Shown here: positions 1 to 8,856 of the stretch, in pieces
Numbering within the stretch: the stretch's first letter is position 1
Layout: the number at the start of each line of letters is the position of its first letter
DNA from: Actinomycetota bacterium
GTDB lineage: Bacteria > Actinomycetota > Acidimicrobiia > IMCC26256 > PALSA-555
Assembly (NCBI GenBank): GCA_016870355.1
Contig: VGBR01000001.1
Span: 250,989 to 314,988, forward strand
DNA length: 64,000 nt
Direction: 5' to 3'
Position numbers and translations under genes: made by a program
The notes under the pieces: generated by a model
The model's database searches: none
Seen by the model: only the letters and a program-made list of their open reading frames with translations
Told to the model about the DNA's origin: nothing

Positions 1-771
1 CTCGTGCGCGCCCGCCTCGAAGGCGAGCTACGCGCCGCGGGTGACACGGAAGGTGCCGCCGAGCTCAAGCGCCGCCGCCGCCCGCATCTCGCAGCGTGGG
101 CGTGCAACCAGCTCACCCATCGCGATCCCGATCTGCTCGACGACTTGGCCGCGGTAACGGCAGAGGTCGCCGACGCACAGCGAGCCGCGTTGCGGGGTGA
201 AGACGCCGACCGTCTTCGCGCCGCGACGCGCGAGCGCCAAGAGGTGCTCGACCGCGCCACGAGTGTCGTGGTCGCGACGTTGAAGGGTGTCGCACCTGAC
301 CCATCGGCGTACGAGGCCAACATCGCCGCCACCCTCGACGCCGCGTCGCTTGATCCCGACGCGGCCACACAGCTCCGCACCGGCGTGCTCACCAAGCCCA
401 TGCGAGCGCCGGCAACATTCGAGCTCGTTGACGGCGCGTCACCACCCCCGGCACCGAAGTCCCCTGCGCGCGAGCGCCAACAGGCGCAGCGAGAAGTCGA
501 ACAGGCGCGCAAGGACGTCACCGACCTCTCGGCGAAGGCGGACGAGCTCGATGCCGAGCAGGCGAGCGCCGAGATGCACCTGCACAGCGCTGAGGTGCAC
601 CTCGCGGACATCGAGACCGCGCTCGGCCGCGCAAAGGACAACGCCAAGGCGGCGCAGCAGGCGCTCGCACAGGCCCGACAGCGCGACGAGGACAGCAAGA
701 AGGAGCTCCGCCAGGCATCCGAGCGACTGCGTCAGGCCGAAGCGCGCCTGGCCGCGCTCGCCGACGCCTGA
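1..771 (+). CDS. hypothetical protein with Ala/Gln/Glu-rich coiled-coil C-terminus; probably 5'-partial at the window edge
   Basis: ORF 4..771 has no stop upstream before the window edge. High GC3. The C-terminal ~100 aa are heptad-like (AEQASAEMHLHSAEVHLADIETALGRAKDNAKAAQQAL...). No family recognised. Confidence 0.5.
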   Translation, partial: LVRARLEGELRAAGDTEGAAELKRRRRPHLAAWACNQLTHRDPDLLDDLAAVTAEVADAQRAALRGEDADRLRAATRERQEVLDRATSVVVATLKGVAPDPSAYEANIAATLDAASLDPDAATQLRTGVLTKPMRAPATFELVDGASPPPAPKSPARERQQAQREVEQARKDVTDLSAKADELDAEQASAEMHLHSAEVHLADIETALGRAKDNAKAAQQALAQARQRDEDSKKELRQASERLRQAEARLAALADA

Positions 772-906
772 CCGACGCCGCGACGCGTGTTCGCTCGGCT
801 ACGCCCGGGTACGCCGAGTCGTCGAAGCCACGCAGGGAGGATGCTGTGAACAACAATCAACGTGCCGAAAAGCCCGCGGTGCGCGACGCGAGACTGAGAC
901 CTGCGG

Positions 907-2106
907 TCAGCGCGACGCGACGTTCTGGAACGCGGGGCTGCCGGATTCCTTCGGCACCGCGTCGAGCGGCACCTTCACCTCGTCGACGGTCGGACCGACC
1001 TTCTCCGCATGTTGCACAAGTGCGTCGACATCGAATCCGTAGATCTTCGCCGGGTTGTCGGTGACGACCTTGCGCACGTCGGCTTCGTCCCAGTCGGAGA
1101 ACGCGAGCCGCAGACCTTCGGTCGTGTACGGATACGTGCTCTCGTGATGCGGGTAGTCGCTGCCCCACATGCAATTCTCGATTCCGACCGTCTTCATCGC
1201 CGCAGCCTCGACCGGGTTCGGAAAGCTCACGCCGACGAAGCAGTTGCGCGCGAAGTACTCCGACGGCTTCATCGTGAGCTGGTCGTCAGCGTCGAACTTG
1301 ATCTCGCCCATCCGACCCGACGCCATCTGCGCATGGAAGCCGTCGAGCATCTTGAGCACGCTCGGGATCCACGCGCAGCCCTGCTCGGTCATGCAGAACA
1401 CAAGCTTCGGGTGCCGCTGGAACACCCCACCCATGATCAGGTGGTGAAGCGGTCGGTGCGAGAAGAACTGCGTCTCGCAGATCCACATCGTCCACGCCAC
1501 GCCGTACTTCCCGTAGTCGGGTGAGCCCTGACCGGAGTGGTGCGTGATCGGCACCTCGAGGTCCTCGCACGCGCTCCACAGTGGGTCGTAGTACCGGTCC
1601 CACAAGGGGAGGAGGTCGGTGTCGTCCGGCACCCCTGGGAGCAGCGCACCGCCGCGCAGCCCGTGCTCCTTGATGAAGTGGACGTCTTTCACGGCCTCGT
1701 CGACGTCGTTGAGGAAGATCTGACCGACGCCGGCGCGGCGCTCGGGCGCGATCGAGCAGAAGTCGGCGAGCCACCGGTTGTGGGCCCGGATGCCCGCGAG
1801 CCGGCGGGGGAACTCCTCGGAATTGGGCGGACGGGCGACGACGGCGCCGGTGGGGAAGAACGGCGGCACGGTGTTCGGAAAGATCACTTCGCCGACCACG
1901 CCGTCGGACTCGAGCTCGGAGAAGCGCCGCTCGTTGTCCCAGTTGCGGGTACGGAGATGGCCGTGCAGATCCTTGAAGGGGTTCTTGTAGCGGTTGCGCC
2001 ACGCGTCGAACTCGTCACGGAACTCCGGGTCGAGGTACTCCGCGTACTGCTCCATCGATCCGCCCGCGTGGGTATCCGCGGAGATGAGGACGTAGTTGCT
2101 GCTCAT
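907..2106 (-). CDS. amidohydrolase family protein (ACMSD/metal-dependent decarboxylase-hydrolase-like)
   Basis: Track ORF 907..2181 trimmed to ATG at 2106 (MSSNYVLISADTHAG...). The N-terminal ADTH metal-binding motif and overall amidohydrolase_2-like sequence support the call. Confidence 0.8.
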   Translation of the reverse strand: MSSNYVLISADTHAGGSMEQYAEYLDPEFRDEFDAWRNRYKNPFKDLHGHLRTRNWDNERRFSELESDGVVGEVIFPNTVPPFFPTGAVVARPPNSEEFPRRLAGIRAHNRWLADFCSIAPERRAGVGQIFLNDVDEAVKDVHFIKEHGLRGGALLPGVPDDTDLLPLWDRYYDPLWSACEDLEVPITHHSGQGSPDYGKYGVAWTMWICETQFFSHRPLHHLIMGGVFQRHPKLVFCMTEQGCAWIPSVLKMLDGFHAQMASGRMGEIKFDADDQLTMKPSEYFARNCFVGVSFPNPVEAAAMKTVGIENCMWGSDYPHHESTYPYTTEGLRLAFSDWDEADVRKVVTDNPAKIYGFDVDALVQHAEKVGPTVDEVKVPLDAVPKESGSPAFQNVASR

Positions 2107-2116
2107 TCGTCTGCTC

Positions 2117-2998
2117 TCACGTCGGGATCTTGAAGACCTCGAGCGCGTTCTCGCGCAGGAACTTCGGCCAGACGTGGTCACGGAACGGCACGTCGGGCAA
2201 CTCTTTGAAGATGCGCTCGAGTGACAGGCCCATCGGGTAGTAGCCCGCGTACATGATCTTGTCGGTACCGCGCGTGTTCGCGTAGTTCACGATCTCGGTT
2301 GGGTAGTACTTCGGCGCGAACGCCGATGTCATGTAGTAGAGGCCGGGCCACTTCAGCATGAGCTTGACCGCGAGGTCCTCCCACGGCTCCGCACCATGGC
2401 GCATCACGATGCGCAGCTCGGGGAAGTCGTAACAGACCTGATCGAAGCGCATCACGTTCTGACACTCCGACGGAAAGCGCGGTCCTGCGATGCCCGCGTT
2501 GGCGATGATCGGGATGTCGAGGTCGATGCACGTCGCGTAGATGGGATACACCTTCGCGTCGTCGATGTTCACCTGCGGGAGGCAGCCCGACGGGAAGAAC
2601 GTGACCGCGGTGAGGTCGTGCTCTTGCTTCGCCTTGCGGATCTTGCGGACGCAACCCATCGTGTCGTTGGGATCGATCTCTTGGGAGAACAGGAAGCGAC
2701 CGGGGTAGCGGCGCGCCGCCTCGATCGACTGCTTGCCCAAGCCCACCAGACCCTTTTCGACGCCGCATTTGTCCATCTCGGCGATCGTGACCTCGATGGG
2801 GTCGATGCCTTCGTCCGCGTCCTCGGGAACCTCCTTGAACATGTAGCCGGCGGGCATCGCCATCGACTCCGTCTCGGGGTCCTTGATCCCCTTCATCAAG
2901 TACTCGTAGACCTTGTGATGGTCGCGCATCGGAAAGCCGATCATCAGATCGATCGCGCCGATGTTCCCCGGGTACGGCATCGCCGCATTGTCGCCCAT
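2117..2998 (-). CDS. amidohydrolase family protein
   Basis: Track ORF 2117..3166 trimmed to ATG at 2998 (MGDNAAMPYPGNIGAIDLMIGFP...). Amidohydrolase_2-like. Lies 10 nt upstream of the paralogous gene on the same strand. Confidence 0.8.
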   Translation of the reverse strand: MGDNAAMPYPGNIGAIDLMIGFPMRDHHKVYEYLMKGIKDPETESMAMPAGYMFKEVPEDADEGIDPIEVTIAEMDKCGVEKGLVGLGKQSIEAARRYPGRFLFSQEIDPNDTMGCVRKIRKAKQEHDLTAVTFFPSGCLPQVNIDDAKVYPIYATCIDLDIPIIANAGIAGPRFPSECQNVMRFDQVCYDFPELRIVMRHGAEPWEDLAVKLMLKWPGLYYMTSAFAPKYYPTEIVNYANTRGTDKIMYAGYYPMGLSLERIFKELPDVPFRDHVWPKFLRENALEVFKIPT

Positions 2999-3016
2999 GA
3001 GCGTTGAATCCTGCAC

Positions 3017-3241
3017 ATGCAGGGGGAGGAGTTCTACCGGTTGGTCGTGCTCCCTGAGCACCGTCGGCGCGGGATCGCGGCTGCACTCGTGGCCGAAGGC
3101 GAGCGCCGGTTGAGTGCGCGCGGAGCACGGCGCGCCACGGCGTTGCTCGTCCGCGACCACGAGCACGCGGTCGGGTTCTGGCGCGCCGCCGGCTTCGAGC
3201 CGGACGAGAAGGTCGCGCGCTCTGTGAAGATGCTGAGCTGA
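3017..3241 (+). pseudogene. GNAT acetyltransferase C-terminal fragment (motif A onward only)
   Basis: The 74-aa ORF is YRLVVLPEHRRRGIAAALVAEGERRL...VGFWRAAGFEP. This is GNAT motif A (R-x-x-G-x-A) plus the C-terminal strands. The N-terminal half of the fold is absent, and the ORF starts 19 nt from the divergent amidohydrolase start. Confidence 0.5.
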
Positions 3242-3253
3242 AGAAGGGGCGCG

Positions 3254-3382
3254 CTAGGGGGTGTTGTCGCTCGCCGTCGGCGTGGTGCCTTTGCTGTCCT
3301 GCCGCTTGCGCCAGAAGAAGATGATGCCGCCGATCGCGGCGCCCAGCGCTGCGAGCCTGCCCAGCACTCGTCCTGCACCCAT
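3254..3382 (-). CDS. small membrane protein (42 aa), not in the ORF track
   Basis: ATG at 3382 is preceded by AGGAGG with 7-nt spacing (caggaggttcgtgATG). Product MGAGRVLGRLAALGAAIGGIIFFWRKRQDSKGTTPTASDNTP has one hydrophobic helix followed by a basic anchor. TAG stop at 3254-3256. Confidence 0.45.
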   Translation of the reverse strand: MGAGRVLGRLAALGAAIGGIIFFWRKRQDSKGTTPTASDNTP

Positions 3383-3448
3383 CACGAACCTCCTGATCGA
3401 TCCGACGGGGCCATGTGGCCGGTTGCGGCCCGGATCATAGGACCGGAC

Positions 3449-4486
3449 TCACGCCGTGGCCTTGGTCACCGCCGCGGTCACGTCCCGCCAGCGTTCGAGA
3501 GCGCCGGCGCCGAAGGTCCAGTTCGCTGACGCGTCGTACATGACGACCCGGTCCGCGATGCCGCCGTACTTCTCCACCAGCGCGTCGGCGAGGCCGTCCC
3601 AGGTCGACTCAAGGCTGTAGGCCTCGAGCATGTCGTCGGTGATGGTGTCGGCCATGCCCTTCAGGTCACCCGCGGCTTGGAGCTCGTGCAGCCGGTCGGA
3701 GGTGCCCTCCCAACCGTGCAGGTCGAACACGCCGCTGTAGGTGCGCGTCGAGCCGTAGAACGCGATCCGCAGCCGGGTGTCGTCGCGCGCCTTGATCAGC
3801 TCCTCTTCGGTGTCGCCGAGGATGGCCATCACTGGGCAGACGATCGAGATCTGGCTCGGATCGCGCCCCGCCGAGCGCGCACCATCGGCGGCGTTGGGCA
3901 GCACCACGTCCTGGAGGTAGCGCATCGAGTGGAAGGGGTGGACGTGGATGCCGTCGGCGACCTCGCCCGCCATGCGCGCCGACCATGGCCGCACGGCGGC
4001 GATGTACACGGGCACATTTGGGTGCTCGATGGGGCCGGGGCTCCACATCCTCGGCATCAGGTCGAACGACCAGAAGTCGCCGTGGAAGTCGAGCTTCTCC
4101 TCGCCCTGGAACGCCCGGAAGATCGCTTTGAGCGCCAGCACGCACTCCCGAAGCCGTGACCCCGGGTGGTCGAACGTGACCGAGTACCGCCGCTCGTTGT
4201 GTGCCTTCACCTGCGTGCCGAGCCCGAGGATGAACCGCCCCTCGGTCGTGTCGGCCAGCTCCCACGCGATCTGCGCGGTGACCATCGGGCTCCGGGCGAA
4301 CGCGAGTGCGATGGCCGTCCCAATGTCGAGATTCTGTGCAGTCAACGCGGCCGCGGTGCAGCCCGTGTACGCCGTGCGCCCGCTCTCGGTGAACCACAGG
4401 CCGCTGAACCCGCAGTCTTCGACCTCGCGTGTCAGTCCGGACACCTCACGCAGCGGTCGACCCATGACGATCGCGTCGATCTTCAC
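3449..4486 (-). CDS. LLM-class F420-dependent oxidoreductase (luciferase-like monooxygenase family)
   Basis: 345-aa ORF MKIDAIVMGRPLREVSGLTREVEDCGFSGLWFTESGRTAY...FILGLGTQVKAHNERRYS. Typical luciferase-like TIM-barrel sequence. Confidence 0.85.
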   Translation of the reverse strand: MKIDAIVMGRPLREVSGLTREVEDCGFSGLWFTESGRTAYTGCTAAALTAQNLDIGTAIALAFARSPMVTAQIAWELADTTEGRFILGLGTQVKAHNERRYSVTFDHPGSRLRECVLALKAIFRAFQGEEKLDFHGDFWSFDLMPRMWSPGPIEHPNVPVYIAAVRPWSARMAGEVADGIHVHPFHSMRYLQDVVLPNAADGARSAGRDPSQISIVCPVMAILGDTEEELIKARDDTRLRIAFYGSTRTYSGVFDLHGWEGTSDRLHELQAAGDLKGMADTITDDMLEAYSLESTWDGLADALVEKYGGIADRVVMYDASANWTFGAGALERWRDVTAAVTKATA

Positions 4487-4515
4487 GAAACCTCCTCAAT
4501 TCCGAGTCACACCGT

Positions 4516-5208
4516 ATGCCGAAATCAAAAGTTGGAAACCTTCGCGGTGGTGGCGGCCGCACGTTCGGCGGCATCCTTCACACCGCGGGCCTGGGCGCGA
4601 TTGCCATCGCGATCCTGCTTGTCGTTGGCGCAGTCACTGGACTCGTCGACCTCGGCGGCATCTTCGAGGGCGGCACGAAGACGAAGAGCTCCAAGGTGCT
4701 GCTCAAGGAGATCAAGAACCTTTCGACCTTCACTGCGGCGAAGGGCACTTACGTCGTCAATGTGACCCAGGACGAGAACATTCCGGTCGTTCCCGACTTC
4801 ATTGCAGCGGAGGACATCACTCTTCGCGGTGTCGGAACGGTTGACGCTGGTACCGACTTCTCGGTGCTGAGCACCGACGCAGTGCAAGTTGACGACGCCG
4901 GCGGAGTCACGATCACGCTGCCGCCACCAGTGCTCGGTGACGCGTTCGTCGATCCACAGCGCAGCGAGGTCGTCAATCGCAGCCGCGGTCTCATCAACCG
5001 CATTGGTGACGCCATAGATGGTGATAGCCCAACCGACGATCGGGAGTTGTACGCGCGTGCCGCGGTCAAGATCGAGAAGGCCGCGAAGGAGAGCAATCTC
5101 TCCGAACGCGCTGAGCGGAACACGATCGAAATGCTTGAAGGCTTCCTTGCCCGCCTTGGCTTCACCGACGTGAGGATCACGTTCGAGAAGCCCGCGCCAA
5201 AGAACTAA
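4516..5208 (+). CDS. DUF4230 domain-containing membrane-anchored protein
   Basis: 230-aa ORF with an N-terminal TM (GLGAIAIAILLVVGAV). The pattern that follows (EIKNLSTFTAAKGTYVVNV...DAGTDFS...VTITLPPP) resembles DUF4230 proteins. Confidence 0.7.
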   Translation: MPKSKVGNLRGGGGRTFGGILHTAGLGAIAIAILLVVGAVTGLVDLGGIFEGGTKTKSSKVLLKEIKNLSTFTAAKGTYVVNVTQDENIPVVPDFIAAEDITLRGVGTVDAGTDFSVLSTDAVQVDDAGGVTITLPPPVLGDAFVDPQRSEVVNRSRGLINRIGDAIDGDSPTDDRELYARAAVKIEKAAKESNLSERAERNTIEMLEGFLARLGFTDVRITFEKPAPKN

Positions 5209-5237
5209 CGCTCGCGGCTAGGGGCGACGAGATCCGG

Positions 5238-5270
5238 AGCGCGCCGGTGCGGTGACTACCCACCGGCGCG
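5238..5270. terminator. GC-rich hairpin between convergent genes (candidate bidirectional terminator)
   Basis: An 11-bp perfect inverted repeat, gcgcgccggtg (5238-5248) / caccggcgcgc (5260-5270), with an 11-nt loop. It lies between the stops at 5208 (+) and 5301 (-). Confidence 0.5.
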
Positions 5271-5300
5271 CCTCCGTTGGTCAGCTCCGGCGCTGCGCGC

Positions 5301-5951
5301 CTACGCCTCGTCCGACGCCGACCGTCCACGCCGCTCGGCGTCGGCGATCTCGGCAGTGAGCTCGGCCACCACTCGACCAAGCTCCCGCGTCACCACTGAG
5401 TCGCGGTGGCGCGTGTCGAGCACGCGCACGAGCTCCCGGTAGTACCAAGCCTGCTCGTCGCCGGCGGCGTTGAACCGCGACCACATGTCGGGTCCGTGGT
5501 CACGGAGGTCGGCGAGGATCGAGCGCGCGTTGTGCAGCTTGTCGGCCGCGGCGACGCGCAGAGTGCCGTCGGGCAGATCGTCGTTCTCCAGGTGTTCGAG
5601 GTAGCGCGCCTTGCGCTCCTTCCAATCGGTCGAGTCGCGCGGTCCGTCGACGCCATCGCTGCATGCGCGCACGACCGCAGCGATGTGCTCCCCGAATCGA
5701 GCCCGGATCTCGGCTTCCGCAACACCTCGGTCCTCGACCGCGTCGTGCAGCACCGCGGCGATCGCATCCTCTTCACTGCCGCCATCCTCGAGCACGAGCG
5801 ACGCCACACCGAGTAGGTGCGACGCGTAGGCGATCTGCGTGCCCTTGCGGCACTGGTCGGCGTGCAGCATTGATGCCCAGCGCACCGCCTCCGAGAACCG
5901 CGCACCAAGGACCGCGGTCGGAAGTTCTCCATTCGACGAAGGTGAGCTCAT
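5301..5951 (-). CDS. HD domain-containing phosphohydrolase (RelA/SpoT-hydrolase-like, possible small alarmone hydrolase)
   Basis: 216-aa ORF with YASHLLGVASLV...AVLHDAVED (HD..ED motif of the SpoT/Mesh1-type hydrolase domain). ATGA overlap with the upstream aldo/keto reductase stop. Confidence 0.8.
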   Translation of the reverse strand: MSSPSSNGELPTAVLGARFSEAVRWASMLHADQCRKGTQIAYASHLLGVASLVLEDGGSEEDAIAAVLHDAVEDRGVAEAEIRARFGEHIAAVVRACSDGVDGPRDSTDWKERKARYLEHLENDDLPDGTLRVAAADKLHNARSILADLRDHGPDMWSRFNAAGDEQAWYYRELVRVLDTRHRDSVVTRELGRVVAELTAEIADAERRGRSASDEA

Positions 5952-6949
5952 TTGTCGACCTTGCCCTTCATCCAGAACGACGTGTTGTGGTAGTCGGCGA
6001 CCGCGCTTCCGGGATGCACGAGCTCATCGCACGCGGCGCGGGTTTCGTCGTCGAGGTCCGTGTCGAGGATCCCGAGTGCGTCGTCGAGCTGCTCCAGCGT
6101 GCGCGGCCCGATGATCGGCGCGGTGATGCCGCGTTGGTCCTTGCACCACAGCAGCGCGAGCTGCGTGACGTTGAGGCCGCGGTCCGCGGCCAGCTTCGCG
6201 AGCGCCCGAGCCACGTCGACGCCACGATCGGTGATGCGATCCTTCACCTGCGGCCGCCGGTTGGCGCGTGCGTCCTCAGGGATCCCGTCGTTGTAGCGGC
6301 CGGCGAGCACGCCGCCACCGAGTGGCGACCACGGCAAGACGCCGACGCCGTACTTGAGACACAGCGGGATCAGCTCGTTCTCGATGCGTCGGTCGAGAAG
6401 GTTGTAGGGAGGTTGCTCGGTCTCGTAGCGCGTCAGGCTGTCGCGCTCAGCGATTGCGAGTGCCTCCATCAGCATCCACGCTGGGTGCGTCGAGCACCCG
6501 ATGGCGACGACCTTGCCCGACTGCACGAGCTCGTCGAACGCGGCGAGGGTCTCTTCCTGCGGAACGTTCGCGAACGTCGGACGGTGGAGCTGGTACAGGT
6601 CGATGCGATCCGTGCCAAGGCTTTCGAGTGATCGCTCGCACGACGACACGATGTGCTCGCGGCGGTGCCACTTGTCGGGATCGCCCTTGCCGTGTGGCAT
6701 CCCCACCTTGGTGGCGAGGACTACGTCGTCGCGCTTGCCGTTGGCCGCGAGCGCGGCTCCGAGGATCTTCTCGCTCTCGCCGCCTGCGTACACGTCCGCG
6801 ACGTCGATCATGTTGATCCCACCGTCGATGGCGCGGTCCACCATGCGCGCAGACTCGTCGGGATCGGTCGGGTCTCCGAAGTTCATCGCGCCGAGGCAGA
6901 GCGGCGCCACGGACAGGCCAGTGGAACCGAGCGGTCGTTGGTTGGTCAC
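5948..6949 (-). CDS. aldo/keto reductase
   Basis: Track ORF 5948..7177 trimmed to GTG at 6949 (VTNQRPLGSTGLSVAPLCLGAMNFG...IDVADVYAGGESE...). Classic AKR N-terminus and length (333 aa). Confidence 0.9.
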   Translation of the reverse strand: MTNQRPLGSTGLSVAPLCLGAMNFGDPTDPDESARMVDRAIDGGINMIDVADVYAGGESEKILGAALAANGKRDDVVLATKVGMPHGKGDPDKWHRREHIVSSCERSLESLGTDRIDLYQLHRPTFANVPQEETLAAFDELVQSGKVVAIGCSTHPAWMLMEALAIAERDSLTRYETEQPPYNLLDRRIENELIPLCLKYGVGVLPWSPLGGGVLAGRYNDGIPEDARANRRPQVKDRITDRGVDVARALAKLAADRGLNVTQLALLWCKDQRGITAPIIGPRTLEQLDDALGILDTDLDDETRAACDELVHPGSAVADYHNTSFWMKGKVDK

Positions 6950-6959
6950 GCCCGCGACC

Positions 6960-8237
6960 CTACGACAGCGCGATGGCGGGGTCTTCTGCGATGGCGACGT
7001 CGTCGACGTCCACCGCTGCCTCGGCGGGGGACTGGCGAGCCGTGGCGAACGCGACCAGGCCGGCCGCGACCGCGGCAACCGCACCCACTCCGAGCCCCGC
7101 GCGCGGTCCCAGTGCTTCGGAGAGGGCGCCGATGATGGGGGCGCCGATCGCGGTGCTGCCGAGGAAGGCCACGCCAAACAGACCCATCACCCGGCCGCGG
7201 AACTCCGGCGCGGTCGCCTCCTGGCACACCGCCGTTGCCATGGCGAGCATCACCATCGATGACACGCCGACGAAGGGCAGCACGGCGATCTCGGTGCCGA
7301 GCGTCGGGGCGAGCGCGGCCGCAGTCATCGCGGCGCCGAGCACCAGGGTCGTCAGCAGGGTGACGCGCAAGCTCGCCTTGCCGTAGTGCGCGACGCCCAG
7401 GGCACCGACGAACGAACCACACGCGAGCACCGCGAGCAACATCCCGAACGTCTCGGGGCCGCCGCCCAGCTCACGACGCACGAGGAGCGGGAGCACGACC
7501 TGGTAGTTGAACGTGAACGTCCCGATGATCGCCGTGAGCATCAGCGCGATCCGTACCGGACGGTTATCCCACGCATAGTGCAGTCCCTCGCGAAGCTGAC
7601 CACGTGCGTGTGCGATCGGAGGTGGCGTGCGCAGCTCGTCGGCGCGCATGGCCTGGAGCGACCAGATCACGGCACCGAATGTCGCCGCGTTGATGAGGAA
7701 GCACCAGCCAACGCCGACCCCGGCGATCACGAGGCCTCCGACCGCCGGGCCGATGATGCGAGCGATCGTGAACACCGAGCTGTTCAAGCCGATGGCGTTC
7801 GGGACGTCACCTCCCGGTACCAGCTCCGGCACGAACGCGCGACGGGTCGGGTTGTCGAGCGCGGTCACGACACCGAGCGCGGCGGCGAGCACATAGACCA
7901 TCCATACCTCGACGACGCCAACAAGCGTCACGATGCTGAGGACGAGCGCGACCAAGCCCGAAGCAAGGGATGTGCCGATCAGCAGCCGACGCTTGTCGAG
8001 TCGATCGATGAGAACGCCGGCCCATGCGCCCGCGATCAGCAGAGGTGCGAACAACAGGCCGATCGTGATGCCCACCGCGGCACCGCTGTCGGTGAGTCGC
8101 AGTACGAGCCAGGACTGCGCGGCGAACTGCATCCACGAGCCGGCGCTGGAGACGATCTGACCGATGAGGTAGAGCCGGAAGTTGCGTGTCCGCAACGAGT
8201 GAAAGGTCCGGCGCGCCGCGCGCTCGAGCGGCGTCAT
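6960..8237 (-). CDS. MFS transporter
   Basis: 425-aa ORF with ~12 hydrophobic segments. The N-terminus FRLYLIGQIVSSAGSWMQFAAQSWLVL is typical of the EntS/MFS_3-like subfamily. Confidence 0.85.
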   Translation of the reverse strand: MTPLERAARRTFHSLRTRNFRLYLIGQIVSSAGSWMQFAAQSWLVLRLTDSGAAVGITIGLLFAPLLIAGAWAGVLIDRLDKRRLLIGTSLASGLVALVLSIVTLVGVVEVWMVYVLAAALGVVTALDNPTRRAFVPELVPGGDVPNAIGLNSSVFTIARIIGPAVGGLVIAGVGVGWCFLINAATFGAVIWSLQAMRADELRTPPPIAHARGQLREGLHYAWDNRPVRIALMLTAIIGTFTFNYQVVLPLLVRRELGGGPETFGMLLAVLACGSFVGALGVAHYGKASLRVTLLTTLVLGAAMTAAALAPTLGTEIAVLPFVGVSSMVMLAMATAVCQEATAPEFRGRVMGLFGVAFLGSTAIGAPIIGALSEALGPRAGLGVGAVAAVAAGLVAFATARQSPAEAAVDVDDVAIAEDPAIALS

Positions 8238-8713
8238 CGAGCGACCTCCTGATCTTGCTGGAGCAGCCCGTCGAGGATCGTGGCGGCGTCGGCGAGCGTG
8301 GCGCGCTCGGCGCGGGTGAGGCCGTCGAGTCGCTGCGCGAGATATGCGGTCTTGCGGGACCGATGGCGCGCAAGCAGCTTCCGCCCCGCACCGGTCACCG
8401 CGACGCGCACGACGCGTCGGTCCGTGTCATCGGCGCGCCGGCGCACGAGATCCTGACCTTCGAGCCGGTCGATCGCGGCGGTGACCGTGGGGGGCTGCAC
8501 CCGTTCGATGGTGGCGAGCTCGCCCAGCGTGATCGGACCGCGTCGCTCGATCGTCGCCAGGATCGCCAGCTGCGTGGGGGAGGCGTCGGCGTCGCCCTGC
8601 TGGCGCAATCGGCGAGCCATCCGGGTGATCGCCGAGCGCAGCCGCTCGGCCAAGTCTTTGTCTGTCGAGGCTGGGGTGGTGGAGTTCGTCTTCGCTGTCG
8701 TCGTAGCGCTCAT
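8234..8713 (-). CDS. MarR family transcriptional regulator
   Basis: Winged-helix core LTPTQLAILATIERRGPITLGELATIERVQPPTVTAAIDRLEGQDLVRRRADDTDRRVV. ATGA overlap with the downstream MFS gene. ATG at 8713 preferred over TTG at 8731. Confidence 0.85.
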   Translation of the reverse strand: MSATTTAKTNSTTPASTDKDLAERLRSAITRMARRLRQQGDADASPTQLAILATIERRGPITLGELATIERVQPPTVTAAIDRLEGQDLVRRRADDTDRRVVRVAVTGAGRKLLARHRSRKTAYLAQRLDGLTRAERATLADAATILDGLLQQDQEVAR

Positions 8714-8732
8714 GTTCAACGATCTTTCCAAC

Positions 8733-8751
8733 TATTTAGTCAGCCTAAGTA
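8733..8751. promoter_or_regulatory. AT-rich imperfect palindrome upstream of marR (candidate operator / -10 region)
   Basis: tatttag-tcagc-ctaagta (6 of 7 arm positions complementary). It sits in an unusually AT-rich patch of the divergent intergenic region 8714..8856. Confidence 0.3.
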
Positions 8752-8856
8752 TTCCACAACGGCGAGATCTCGGCCACTGGAGTTCCTGCGATCAGTGCCG
8801 GTCGGGATTTCCCCGTATGATTGCTACGCCACCTTGGGGGGGCATCTGGAGGGACG

